Shown here: piece by piece, positions 12,801 through 27,309 of the stretch
Numbering within the stretch: position 1 is the first letter of the stretch
Layout: the number at the start of each line of letters is the position of its first letter
DNA from: Catajapyx aquilonaris
Lineage: Eukaryota
Direction of reading: 5' to 3'
DNA length: 64,000 nucleotides
Assembly (NCBI GenBank): GCA_000934665.2
Contig: KZ538306.1
Span: 62,001 to 126,000, forward strand
The notes under the pieces: generated by a model
The model's database searches: none
What the model was told of the DNA's origin: nothing
What the model saw: only the letters and a program-made list of their open reading frames with translations
Translations under genes and position numbers: made by a program

Positions 12801-14971
12801 TGAGGTCTAGTAGATCCAAGAAACTGTCACCGAGCAGATCCGATCTGTCGACACCATACATGTCTGCTCAAGACCTAGAACAGCCCTCAACCAGACGCTA
12901 TACCAAGAAACAGGGAAAATCTGATAAAAACATGTCAGAACCCAAGGATTCTTCTCCAGAATCTGCAGCTGAAGAGAAACCCAGACGTGTGAGGTCTAAA
13001 AGTTCGAAGAAGCTGTCAGAGAGCAGATCCGATGTAACGAAACCGGATAAGACAAAGCATGAGAGTTCTCCAAAAGACAAAGAAAAGCCCAGATTATTAT
13101 ATGAGGACGCACTGTCTGAGCACTACCCAGAAGAGTCCTCAACAAGTCCCGAGGACAAACCCAGGCGCGTGAGTGCTAGCAGATCCAGGAAGCTGTCAGA
13201 GTCCAGACCCGATGAGATCAAACCGCACAAGACCAGGGAAGAAATGGCGCCAAAAGACAAAAAAGAGCCACAAATAGTTCCTGGTGACTCATTGCTTGAA
13301 GAGGCTCGTAAGCAGTTCTCAACCGGATTCGCTGTCAGCAAACCAAGACAACCTGACAAACATAGGCGTTCGGAACCCAGTCCCTCAGTCCCTGTCGATT
13401 CCACAATACCGACGAAACCTGATAAACGCAGGGCTTCAGAACCAACGGGTCCACATCCAGAAGACGCACAGACCAGACCGGACAAGACCAGACATGGGCG
13501 TTCTCCAAAAGACACGGAGGAGCGAGAAATCGTTCAAGGTGTTACCGTGTCTGTGAAGGACCATGAACAGCCCTCAACTAGTGTGGATGCCTCCAAACAG
13601 AGGAAACATGACAAACGGAGGCGTTCAGAACCAAGTCCTTCAGTCCCTGTCGATGCCACCGAACAGGAAAAACGCAGGGCTTCAGAACCCAGAGGCACAC
13701 ACCCAAAAAGAGCGCCTGAAGTCACTGAACCAACAAGACCTGAAGAGAAACCCAGACGCGTGAGTGCCAGCAAATCTAGGAAACTGTCAGAGACCGAACC
13801 CGATGAGACCGAACAGGACAGAACCAGGTATGAGAGTTCTCCAAAAGACAAAGCACGCAGTCCCTCAGTCTCATTCGGTCCAAGCGAACCGACGATACAT
13901 GACAAACCTGAAAAACACAGGCGTTCAGAACCAAGTCCTTCAGTCCCTCTCGATGCCACTAAACAGGACAAACGCAGAGCTTCAGAACCCAGGAGGCCAT
14001 ATCCAGAAGATGCACCTGAGGACAAACCCAGACGTGTGAGTGCTAGCAGATCCAGGAAGCTGTCAGAGAGAAGACCTGATGAAACCGAACAGGACAAGAC
14101 CAGACAGGAGCCTTCCTCCAAAAGAGAGCCTGGTGGCACATTGCCTGTGACGGAGCAACAACAGCCTTCAACCAGTGCCCATGGAACCATACCAAGAAAA
14201 CATGACAAACACAGGCGTTCAGAACCAAGTCCTTCAGTCCCTCTCGACGCCAACAAACAGGACAAACGCAGGGCTTCAGAAGCACCACCTGAAGCCAAAC
14301 CGACCCCCGATAAAATTCGCAGGGGATCCATACCCTACAAGCTCAAAGAACAAGACATTACTGATCACGACGTTAACAAACTTTTGAAGAAAGCCGTGAA
14401 CACGAACCTAAGCTTGTTAGATAGGGTGACGGAGCTGAAGCCGAACCAATTCGTGCTGAAGTTCAGGAAGGAGGACTTGGAGAGTGGAACTGATCTGGCG
14501 CCTTTGTCTGAAGCGTCACCAAGATCGAGCATAAGCGGATTCGAACTGCGACAAGATGACAGCCAGCTGGTAGATCAGTTCTCAGAGTCGGATTCGGATG
14601 ATAGTAATCGACCACGTAAAAAATCGTGGCGATCCAGGAAGTGGTCTTTGTCTCCAAGGAATTCGGTTTCAAGGAAGGAAGATGTGGATAAAGCGAGTAA
14701 GAAGCGTTTGAAGAAGTTGCTGAAGGAATCTAAAGTCAGGGAGATAAAGTCACCTGAAGCGGAGGATGAACCCGAAGAAGTTGAGCGAAGGAGAAGAAAA
14801 TCGGACGAAGATATCTTTAAAATGATGGAACATGCTTTGACCTCAGATCTAGACGTGTTGTCAGATGTTGAGAGAAGATTGAGTGACCGAGCTTTAAGAA
14901 GAAAGAAATCCAAGATAAAGAAAGGCAGTGATGATGAACCAACTCCAGGTACCTCTCATGACAGAAGGTGA
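853..14971 (+). CDS. Giant uncharacterised Lys/Ser/Pro/Glu/Arg-rich repeat protein (cluster gene 1), about 4437 aa; exons 853-951, 1117-1573, 1767-2255, 2703-14971
   Basis: 12.3-kb uninterrupted ORF (2627-14971). Upstream ORFs join it through GT-AG introns with matching phases (0, 1, 1) and the total length is divisible by 3. Exon 1 reads MARDNNGPGTFPRQYQSPLSPTPSVYYDCISDG. AATAAA lies near 15070. Intron 2 contains an N gap, so an exon could be missing. Confidence 0.8.
1665..1683. other. Assembly gap (N run) next to poly-C
   Basis: Run of n characters. Confidence 1.
2747..2947 (+). repeat. Coding minisatellite, 24-bp unit x8 (IPTPDMGK)
   Basis: attcctacaccagatatgggcaag repeated identically 8 times plus a partial unit. 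Confidence 0.97.
4172..5130 (+). repeat. Coding tandem repeat, ~216-bp (72-aa) Ser/Thr- and Lys-rich unit, 3 near-identical copies plus 1 diverged
   Basis: Units start at 4172, 4391 and 4607 (PSTSKSEITTET...KIKKKKPDKKKSKKKISPP); diverged copy from ~4915. Confidence 0.93.
7900..10500 (+). repeat. Coding tandem repeat, 270-bp (90-aa) unit, ~10 copies; degenerate copies continue to ~14300
   Basis: ccagacgtgtgag recurs every 270-273 bp (EEKPRRVRxKRSxKLSPxRSDVTEPDKT...LYEDVxSEKYPEEPS). Confidence 0.95.
12150..12612 (+). repeat. Coding tandem repeat, 57-bp (19-aa) unit x~8 (SEPSPSVPLDATKQDKRRx)
   Basis: tcagaacc..gtcct recurs at 57-bp spacing (12161, 12218, 12275, 12332...). Confidence 0.93.
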
Positions 14972-15412
14972 TAAAGCAGATGAGAATCATGCAACAATAC
15001 TACTCTACAATTATTTCAACTAAAAATTTCCTGTGTACAAATGGATGTGATTTATTAATATGTAACAAAATAAATACATTTTTACATACCACTCGTCATC
15101 ATCATCACACAATATTTCATTGCCCAACAAACGCATTTACTCTCTTGGCAACAGCAAATTGCAGTTCATATACGCATTGTTGCTGATTGAGAAAGCTAAA
15201 TTTTAATCATCGAGATTCTAAATTAATAGTGTGCACTCGCAATTATTATTTATCACGAGCATCAGAGAAAGAGCTATAACCACCTGCCGGATGTGAACAG
15301 CTAACCAGCACTATTTTATGATGTAAACCGCACGGTATGTACCTACTGTAATAAGGTAAATATATTCAGAGCACAGTTCCCGAGGTGTTGTCAGCTCAAT
15401 CTGCTGCCTACA

Positions 15413-18400
15413 ATGTCCATGAGAGACATAAATTTGCCAGTCCGATTCTGGTGCGCGTGTCCAGAAAAGGACGTCTTTTTCGACTGCATACCATCAGACC
15501 AAGAAGAAGACGATGGCTACTATGTGAGATCTCTCCCATCACCATATTAATATTATACTTGTGTATTTTAACCACATTTTTCTTTCTCCAATTAGTCCCC
15601 AGTTGAATCGGCAGCATCCTTCCACAGCATTTATTCTAACTTCAGTGATTTAAGCAGAACTGCAAGTCTTGATGTAATTTGTCATTCCTGCAACCCTTCG
15701 CCCGAACCAAAGTCAGGATGCTTTTGTGAGGACGTCAAACATTCCCACAGCCAGAACCAGGAGATATATGAAGACATCCAAGAAGACAACATCTCGTAAG
15801 AATACAATTTGTCTTATTCGCATATTCTGCATCAAGAAGCAAAATTTTAATTCGACATAGAGTCCACACAAAATATTGCACGCCTAATGTGGAAATATTT
15901 CTTACAGCTTCTTAAGCACAAAGGATTCTCCACGATTTACAGACCATCCAGTCCGACAGCCTTCAACATCTTCGGAGTCAAGTGCAGAAGACATAGATTC
16001 GACCCGAACTGAATCTGCACAACCGCAACAATTAATTGACGACTACAATGTTGCAGATCACCTCAGTAAACCCGAGGCAACTTCAGGTCTAGTCACGTAT
16101 GAAGAAAATCAGAGCCGAGTCCTTGCAGAGCCTACTTATCTAATGGAAAGAGAAGACTCTACAGAGAATCTCAATCATACAGAGCTTACTAATACGACAA
16201 AGAGAAAAGACTCCAGAGATTATCACGATCATGCAGATCTTACTGGTCTGCAGGAGAGAGAAGACTTCAGAGACGCACACAATCATAGAGAGTTTACTAA
16301 TACGACAAAGAGAAAAGACTCCAGAGATTATGACAATCATGCAGATCTTACTGGTCTAGAGGAGAGAGAAGACTTCAGAGACACACACAATCATGCAGAG
16401 GTTATTACTAATACGACAAAGAGAAAAGACTCCAGAGATTATCACAATCATGCAGATCTTACTGGTCAGCAGGAGAGAGAAGACTTCAGAGACGACTTCA
16501 GAGACACACACAATCATAGAGAGTTTACTAATACGACAAAGAGAAAAGACTCCAGAGATTATCACAATCATGCAGATCTTACTGGTCAGCAGGAGAGAGA
16601 AGACTTTAGAGACGACTTCAGAGACACACACAATCATAGAGAGTTTACTAATACGACAAAGAGAAAAGACTCCAGAGATTATGACAATCATGCAGATCTT
16701 ACCGGTCTGCAGGAGAGAGAAGACTTCAGAGACGCACACAATCATACAAAGTTTACTAATACGACAAAGAGAAAAGACTCCAGAGATTATCACAATCATG
16801 CAGATCTTACTGGTCTGCAGGAGAGAGAAGACTTCAGAGACGCACACAATCATACAAAGTTTACTAATACGACAAAGAGAAAAGACTCCAGAGATTATCA
16901 CAATCATGCAGATCTTACTGGTCTAGAAGAGAGAGAAGACTTCAGAGACAAACACAGTCATACAGAGCTTACTAATTCGACGAAGAGAAAAGACTCCAGA
17001 TATTATCACAGTCATGCAGATCTTACTGGTCTAGAAGAGAGAGAAGACTTCAGAGACAAACACAATCATACAAATCTTACTGGTCTAAAGGAGAGAGAAG
17101 ACTCCTCCAGAAACGAGTCCAAGATGAGCCCCGAAGTTACATCAGGTTCGTCCAAACCTGAACAAAGAAAAACTGACTACTCAGGGAAGAACAGCCACAA
17201 AGGAGATGCTGCTGGAGCAAAGAAAAGGCGCGATGGAGATGGTGTCAAACCGCAGAAAAATAGCTCGATGGTCAAGCCGGCTAAGGCATCAGAATCGCAA
17301 GGTTTCACACGTAGCTACCACTATCACGTCGAACTGATAAAGTCTAACAAGCCGAAGTCGTCGAGCACTATGGAGGCCACCAGTGGCAACGACAGGTGTG
17401 GAGATTCTCAGAAGTCGTTGAAGGACAGGGTCGTGGGGATGCTGACCAAAGATGACAGTCTGGTGAGCAGGTTCGTCGAAGCGGTGAGGAGCCTGACAAA
17501 CATCTATGACTACGCAAGCAGCAGCAGCGACGAAGATTGCGACGAACCAGGTCAAATAGTCAGACATAAGCACAAGGGCGCAGTGCTGTTCATGCCTCCA
17601 GGTTGGAACGACCCGAAGATGTCCGCCCGTGGTTCGTCCAGGTCATCGAGAAGACACGCCAAGAATGCCAGATACGATGGAAGTGATCCTTCAAGGACAA
17701 CTGCACACAACTCCTGGACGCATCGTCGCTCGTCTGACCCAACAACACAGAATGTCAATGAAGCTGACCGTCCAAAACGTCATGTGGAAGTTGGTCCACG
17801 AACAGATCAGATCCGGCCCGAAAAGCAGCCAGAAACACCCCAGGGATCTGACGGGAAAGAAGACTTGCACGTGTCATTCAAGTTCGATGAACCTGAGCCT
17901 TGTAAGGTCAACGAACCTCCTCGTACGTTCAGTTACCCTCAACCTGTCAAGTTCACTGACCCTAAACCTGTCAAGGTCAGTGAACCTAAAGGAAATAATG
18001 GTACAAACGGCTTGGGTCCTGCACATACGACGTTCAACATGAACAATGAGTGTCCATTGAACAAGAAATGCGTGTACGTGTGCGGAGAGGATGGTTGTGA
18101 GATTCTGAACGCGGAAAAACAGCAGAGGAAGACATCAGCCGAGGGCCAAAAGTCGTACAGAGGCACCACGACAATACCCAACGAGCGTAGCAATCGGGTC
18201 AGGCCCACGTCAGAAGAGCTGAGGAAGCTGTGGGACATTTACAACTCGCAACTCGAGTCCCAAGAAGCTGACGGCAATGAAATTCCAAGCAATTCCCAGA
18301 CGGCTTTAATCGAAGACGACGCTGAATCGCACAGGACGTCCCGTTTTTTGGATGAGGGCCGAGGTTCTGGACAAGGTCCGGGATTTTCGGCCAACAATGA

Positions 18401-21013
18401 GAAGGTTACCAACAGTGGCCCGGACAATTCGAGGAATCAGATCACGCAGCTGGCGTACGTCGTGTCGACTGTTCTTCGCAGAAGCAGCAGCAGCAAAGGT
18501 CGATTCAAGTTTCCGAAGCTGTCGGAGCTGTGGAAGGATCCGGATAAATCAGAGACATCGGCGAAAAACCATGGATTCGAACCAAACAACCAACAGATTG
18601 GCAACCAAAATTTGCTGGCGGCAGACATCATGACGCAGCAGCCAGGAGGCGACTTAATACCGGTGAGCATCGACGACTCCAGATTGAAAGTTCCAGCGAA
18701 GACGCCCGATCAGATGTCGGAGGTGTCCCAACATGGGGACGACGACGACGACCCGTACTTCGACGCTTCGTCGACACTTTCCGTGGACTTGCCCGAGTTG
18801 CCAAAATTGGAGATGATGGAATCGCCGAAACTGACTGACGGTCACACGATGTCGGAGCCCAACCTGTCTAGGACGTCCCGGAAGACGTTGAAGAGGGTGA
18901 GGTTCCTCGACGCTGGGACGATCGTCGAGGAGGACGTCCAAGAAGACATCTGTCCGTGGAATGTCCTGACCGCATTGGTTTACAGCGATTCGGAGCAAGG
19001 ACGCGACGTGTCGGAGACTTCATCGCTACCTTCGAGGATACCAACGTTGTCCGTGAGTCGGCATCTTCACGACAACGTCGACAGGCCATCAGCCGAACTG
19101 CTGTCCACGATCGCTGAGAAGAAGACCCAATTTCCTGTTGCCAACGACGTTTCCAGAGATACGCAATCAGGAAGCGACGACAACAATTGTAAAGAGACCA
19201 GCTCGAGTTCGGAGAGCATGAGCGATGACGAACCAAAGGTCTCAGACGTCGCGGATGACACAGGAAGCGTCAAAGTAGGTCAAGAAGCGCCAGCAGGCAC
19301 ATCCAGATCGTGCCGCTCTCCGGATGAAGGACGTCTTATTGCTGTCGAAGCGGCCGAACCGTCGACGTCGAGGGCGCCGCCACGGACCCCGCAGTCGACG
19401 CTGCTGAGTCTGATAAAGCTACGAGACAAGTGCAAGCACAGCAGACAGCACGTCATGACATCCTGCGAGCAACACCCCGGGGAAGAACCAGCGTCGCATT
19501 GTAGCACCGTCGACAACGTCCTCGCAGAGTCATCCAGTTTCATCAGGCCTACAGAGGGCAAGAAGCGAATCGACATCCTCGTGAGCAACAGGAGCAGGTC
19601 TGAAGAAACACAGGGTGCAGGAGAGAAGCAGGTGAGACCACTCACGACAATGTCGTCATTTTGAGGCCTGTTTACGACCTCACGATTTGAGTCTCGGTCG
19701 CACGACTAGACCATTTGAGACTTGGTCGCACGACTAGACCATTTGAGACTTGGTCGCACGACTAGACCATTTGAGCCTGGGTCGCACGACTAGACCATTT
19801 CAGACTTGCTCGCACGACTATACGATTTGAGACTTGGTCCCACGACTGGACAATTTCAGACTTGGTCGCACGACTAGACCATTTGAGCCTGGGTCGCACG
19901 ACTATATGATTTCAGACTTGGTCGCACGACTATACGATTTCAGACTTGGTCGCACGACTATACGATTTCAGACTTGGTGGCACGACTAGACAATATCCGC
20001 CTTGGTCGCACGACTAGACAATATCAGACTTGGTCGCACGTCTATACGATTTCAGACTTGGTCGCACGACTAGACGATTTGAGCCCGGGTCGCACGACTT
20101 GACGGTTTGAGACTTTGTCGCACGACTAGACGATTTGATACTCGGTAGCACGACAGCCACGACTAGACTATTTCAGACTTGGTCGCACGACTAGACCATT
20201 TGAGACCAACAACTGGTCGTGCGACCCAGGCTCAAATCGTGAGGGCGTAAACAGGGACCTTAACATTTGACGTACGATGCAGGTTCGACGTATAGCGATC
20301 GAGGCGACCGACTCGGTCGAGGAGGTGGTACTGTCCATAATCTCGACCACCACGTCGTCGTCGGCAGGGATGACCGGATCGTCGCACCAGGACACGACGG
20401 ACATGAGCAGCAGCAACACCTATTGCAAGAGCAGCGAGTGCGACGACACCAGTTCCAAGAGCACCAATCCGAGGACGTCGACGACCGCCAGCCGACCGTC
20501 GCACGACGGTGCCCTGGTGTCGGTGGAGGAGATACTGCCGCCTCGACACCTGACCAACACCTCCGATCTGTCAGGTTACGGGATTCGGACAGGCTCTACC
20601 AGCGACTCCGAACCGGATCGTCAACAGCCAGTCGCTGCAGTCGTCAACCAACAAGAATCATCAGGTACTTTAAAAAAATATATTTTAATTAATCAAACTA
20701 GCAACGACAAGTGTTGTAAAGTACTGAAGGGTTTGGATCATGCAAGGATGAAAAAGTGACCAAAAGTGGAAAGGCTAACAATATAAAATATCTGAATGTT
20801 TCTCCATATATGAATGTGCGTGCTTCAGGTGGACCGTCGACGTCGACTAATGCGACGTCGTGTACGGCGGGTAGGAGGTCGCATAGAAGTAACATTGCCA
20901 CGCAGACTGAACTGACTGAAGACCTTGCTGAAGACGATGGAGACGATGATGAGTCTGAAGCCACCAAAAAGCGCGTCCTGAAGGAATTAACTGAACTGTT
21001 TAGGAGATCGTAA
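15413..21013 (+). CDS. Uncharacterised low-complexity protein with His-rich repeats (cluster gene 2), about 1533 aa; exons 15413-15523, 15596-15795, 15908-19631, 20283-20664, 20829-21013
   Basis: 3.5-kb ORF (16143-19664) stays open upstream to an acceptor at 15907. GT-AG junctions have consistent phases (0, 2, 0, 1) and the total is divisible by 3. Exon 1 reads MSMRDINLPVRFWCACPEKDVFFDCIPSDQEEDDGYY. An unspliced form ending at the TGA at 19664 is also possible. Confidence 0.72.
16150..17105 (+). repeat. Coding tandem repeat, 108-bp (36-aa) His-rich unit x~8, with 111- and 120-bp variants
   Basis: TNTTKRKDSRDYHNHADLTGLQEREDFRDxHNH; unit starts at 16188, 16296, 16407, 16527, 16647, 16755, 16863, 16971. 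Confidence 0.95.
19665..20259. mobile_element. Non-autonomous TIR element (PIF/Harbinger-like MITE) filled with a 28-bp tandem array
   Basis: Left end ggcctgtttacgacctcacgatttgagtctcggtcgcacgac is the near reverse complement of the right end gtcgtgcgacccaggctcaaatcgtgagggcgtaaacagggacc. Flanks are tga and tta. Interior has ~18 copies of gacttggtcgcacgactagaccatttga. Confidence 0.75.
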
Positions 21014-21468
21014 CATATGATATAAAAATTCATAAATTAATGCGCGTGTGTATGCTGTTTTTTTTTGTTTTACTTGTCAGGCTTTTAAAATCAGGCTACA
21101 AGTTTATTTATTTTTTAAATGTGACAATATATAATAATAAAAGAGACAGGCAGTGGAGAAAAAATTAATTTAAACTAAGCAACGAACATTCATATGTAAA
21201 TGCAAGATTGTTGAAGTCAGTCGACTAGAACAACCCGTATGTAGCAAAATTATGAGTAATTAATTAAATGTCTGCATGATTCACTAGTCAATTACACTTG
21301 CTCGGTGCAGGTTACATGAGTGCTGCCCCCATTAGAACTGGAAGTGTAGGGAACATCATCAATGAGTGAGTATGATTTTCGTAGTCAATTTATTCAAGAT
21401 GTTATGATTTTTAATAGATATTATGTTATTCATATATTAGAAAGTATTGGACCAGCCCTCACCTGACA

Positions 21469-23378
21469 ATGGATTGCCAGGAGATTCCAGTCAACTCGAA
21501 AGGGACGCACTCCACAAGTGACATCTTCTACGACTGCAACACTGAATCTGAGAGAGACGTATTCTTGGTAATTAATTTTGATGTTAATTTTAATTTATAG
21601 GAAAACAGTTAACCTTACTCCTTGTTATGCAGACACCAATTACTTCGAATGAGTCCATGAAAAGCGCTTATTCTAGATCAAGCGTTGAATCAGAATCTAA
21701 CAGAAATGCGGATGCACCAGCAGACACATTGCCGCACACTGACAACAAGACGCCGACTAACCCCGACAGGAGTTGCAGCCCTCTAGGACATGCCAAGAGG
21801 GAAGCTGACAACGACTTCAAATTTCCCAGCGGACCGGTAAGCAACTCTCCGTTCTTGAAAGGGAAAGCTAATCCAGAGGGGAACCCAAAGTGCAGCGAAT
21901 GGAACGTGCACGTCGATAATAATCAAGTGACACGATGGCCTGAGGTGCAGCAATCACAATGCGTAAGAGATCATTCTGATGTTGAAAATGGCAACATGTG
22001 CTCATGCAGCAGGTTTGAGCCGACAAGTCAGCTTCGGTGTGTCACACGCACTGAAGATTGGGTACCATGGTCCGGTGGCAGCGACATGAGGCCTGAGTTG
22101 CAATTTAGATGCGGAAGAGATAGTGTTGATAAGGGCTGCATGTCTGCACGCTGCACTACAAGGCAGCGTCAACGTGCCGCTGAAGATCGGATTCGGTGGT
22201 CCGCCAGTGAATGTGATCGAGTACGGCCTGTGGTGCAGCAATCAAATCATTATAATAATGTCAACCATGGCCGCTTGTCTGCAGGCAGTGATCCCAGACA
22301 GACTTATAGGGAGCATCGACGTACTGAAGATGCTGTTCCGTGGTCCTGCAGTGAGTGTGATCGGGATCGAGTTCGGCCTGAGTTTAAACATTCAAAATGC
22401 ACAAGAGATCATGCTAACGTCGAAAAGGGCTGCATGTATGCAGGCAGTAGGTGCGATCCGAGACGGTGTTCCAGGCAGCATCAACATCGGCAACATGTCA
22501 CAAACACTGAAGATGAGGTTCCGTGGTCCAGGAGTGAATATGATCGAGTACGGCCTGAAATGAAACGTTGCATAAGACATGTTGCGACAAAGAACAGGGA
22601 CATTAGTGGTGATGTCAGTCCTAGCAGGTTAAAATCTGAGGAGGTCCGTGATGGGCGGCCACATCCGCACAAGCCTGTCGACAACCGTAACGAGCTAGAT
22701 GCATATTCAACACATGGTAAGGCATCAAATCATAACAATAATTATGACATGCAGGTGAAAGCTCCGCAGCAAACAGAAAGAAAATCTGTACGGACAAGGG
22801 AGTACGTCCTGCAAGCCAAGGAATCGGAGAACTTGGACACCATCCTCACTGACCTTAAGAGCTTAATTACGCAGCGGATCTCAGTGCTGGACAATGCGGT
22901 GAAGCAGGTGCAAAGCAAACGTTTGAGGATCCAGGAGGAGGAGGAGGCGAGGGAACGGCTGGACATGCGGATTTCCCTACTCACGGCTATAACTTCAGAC
23001 AAGTCAATCATGGAGCATATCTCCAAAGAGACGGAGAGCGACCCGCAATTTGACGAGTACTTACGAAGCTACGATGACGCACACAAGCATGGAGTCGGGA
23101 GTAGCAACAGTGACAACCCAGTAGTCCCTGTTAGTAAGAAACTAAATCTAGTCGCAGAAGCGTCTAAAGTCGGCTGTGATGCAAAGGCGGACAAGAACGA
23201 AACTGCGATGCGCAAGGCCGTCGAAAGCCACTTGCAGCCTTTCGCCGATTTCCAACGCAAGACGAATCATGCGACTAAGATGAGGTTGTCTTCCAAAAGT
23301 CGAAAGCATGATATCACAACTCGTGACAAAGACCTGCGAAGTTCGACAAAGCGTATCACCACCAAGAAATCCCTGTGA
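21469..23378 (+). CDS. Uncharacterised protein (cluster gene 3), about 614 aa; exons 21469-21567, 21633-23378
   Basis: 583-aa ORF plus a phase-0 first exon, MDCQEIPVNSKGTHSTSDIFYDCNTESERDVFL. Contains Cys/Trp-bearing repeats, a coiled-coil-like segment and an AVESHLQPFADFQ block shared with gene 1. Confidence 0.72.
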
Positions 23379-23914
23379 TCGTTAAAAGGTTGTAAAAAAA
23401 GAAACGTCAAGGGATCTCTCAATTCAGGAATTTTATTTCCGCTAGTTAGCATACATGACAGATCATAAATGTATACGACATACAACAAACAAGAATCCGA
23501 AATAGTGACATATATACTCTCTCTCTCTCTCATAATGACACAATCTCTTCTTTTTTTTGTCAATATTCCCAATGCCAAAGCATTTGAAAAAATATCGAGG
23601 AAGTTCACAATAGTTGTACTGTACCAATTTTTTCTCGGGTGGTAATAAATTAAACCTAATGTGATGTCAGTGTGATGTCAATATTCTCTTCTTCAACAGG
23701 AACTGAACAAGTAACGAAAAACTAAAGATTCAACGCTCTAACTTGATCCCATTCACCAACGAAAAAATAATAATAATTAAAGAATCAAGGAAAACTTTCA
23801 CCTGACGACTACAGGTAGTGTATACAAACAGCAGAAAAAAATAATCCCCTCCAGTCTTACCTTCTTCCTCCTCCAAAATTTACGGCCCCAAAATATTGGG
23901 CTGGTCCACTTTAT

Positions 23915-27309
<3,395 letters not shown>

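Noticed and set aside
6100..14331. Long antisense ORFs (e.g. 8860-10413, 11446-12861) as overlapping genes
   Set aside because: Expected shadow of a repetitive, purine-rich sense frame; the translations are Ser/Leu/Gly low-complexity mirrors.
2627..14971. Calling the giant protein titin, futsch/MAP1B, neurofilament-H or SRRM2
   Set aside because: Resemblance is compositional only; no Ig/Fn3, MAP1 or other diagnostic domain is visible.
19680..20205. CRISPR-like regular 28-bp repeats
   Set aside because: Units are head-to-tail with no unique spacers, there are no cas genes, the context is eukaryotic, and TIRs enclose the array.
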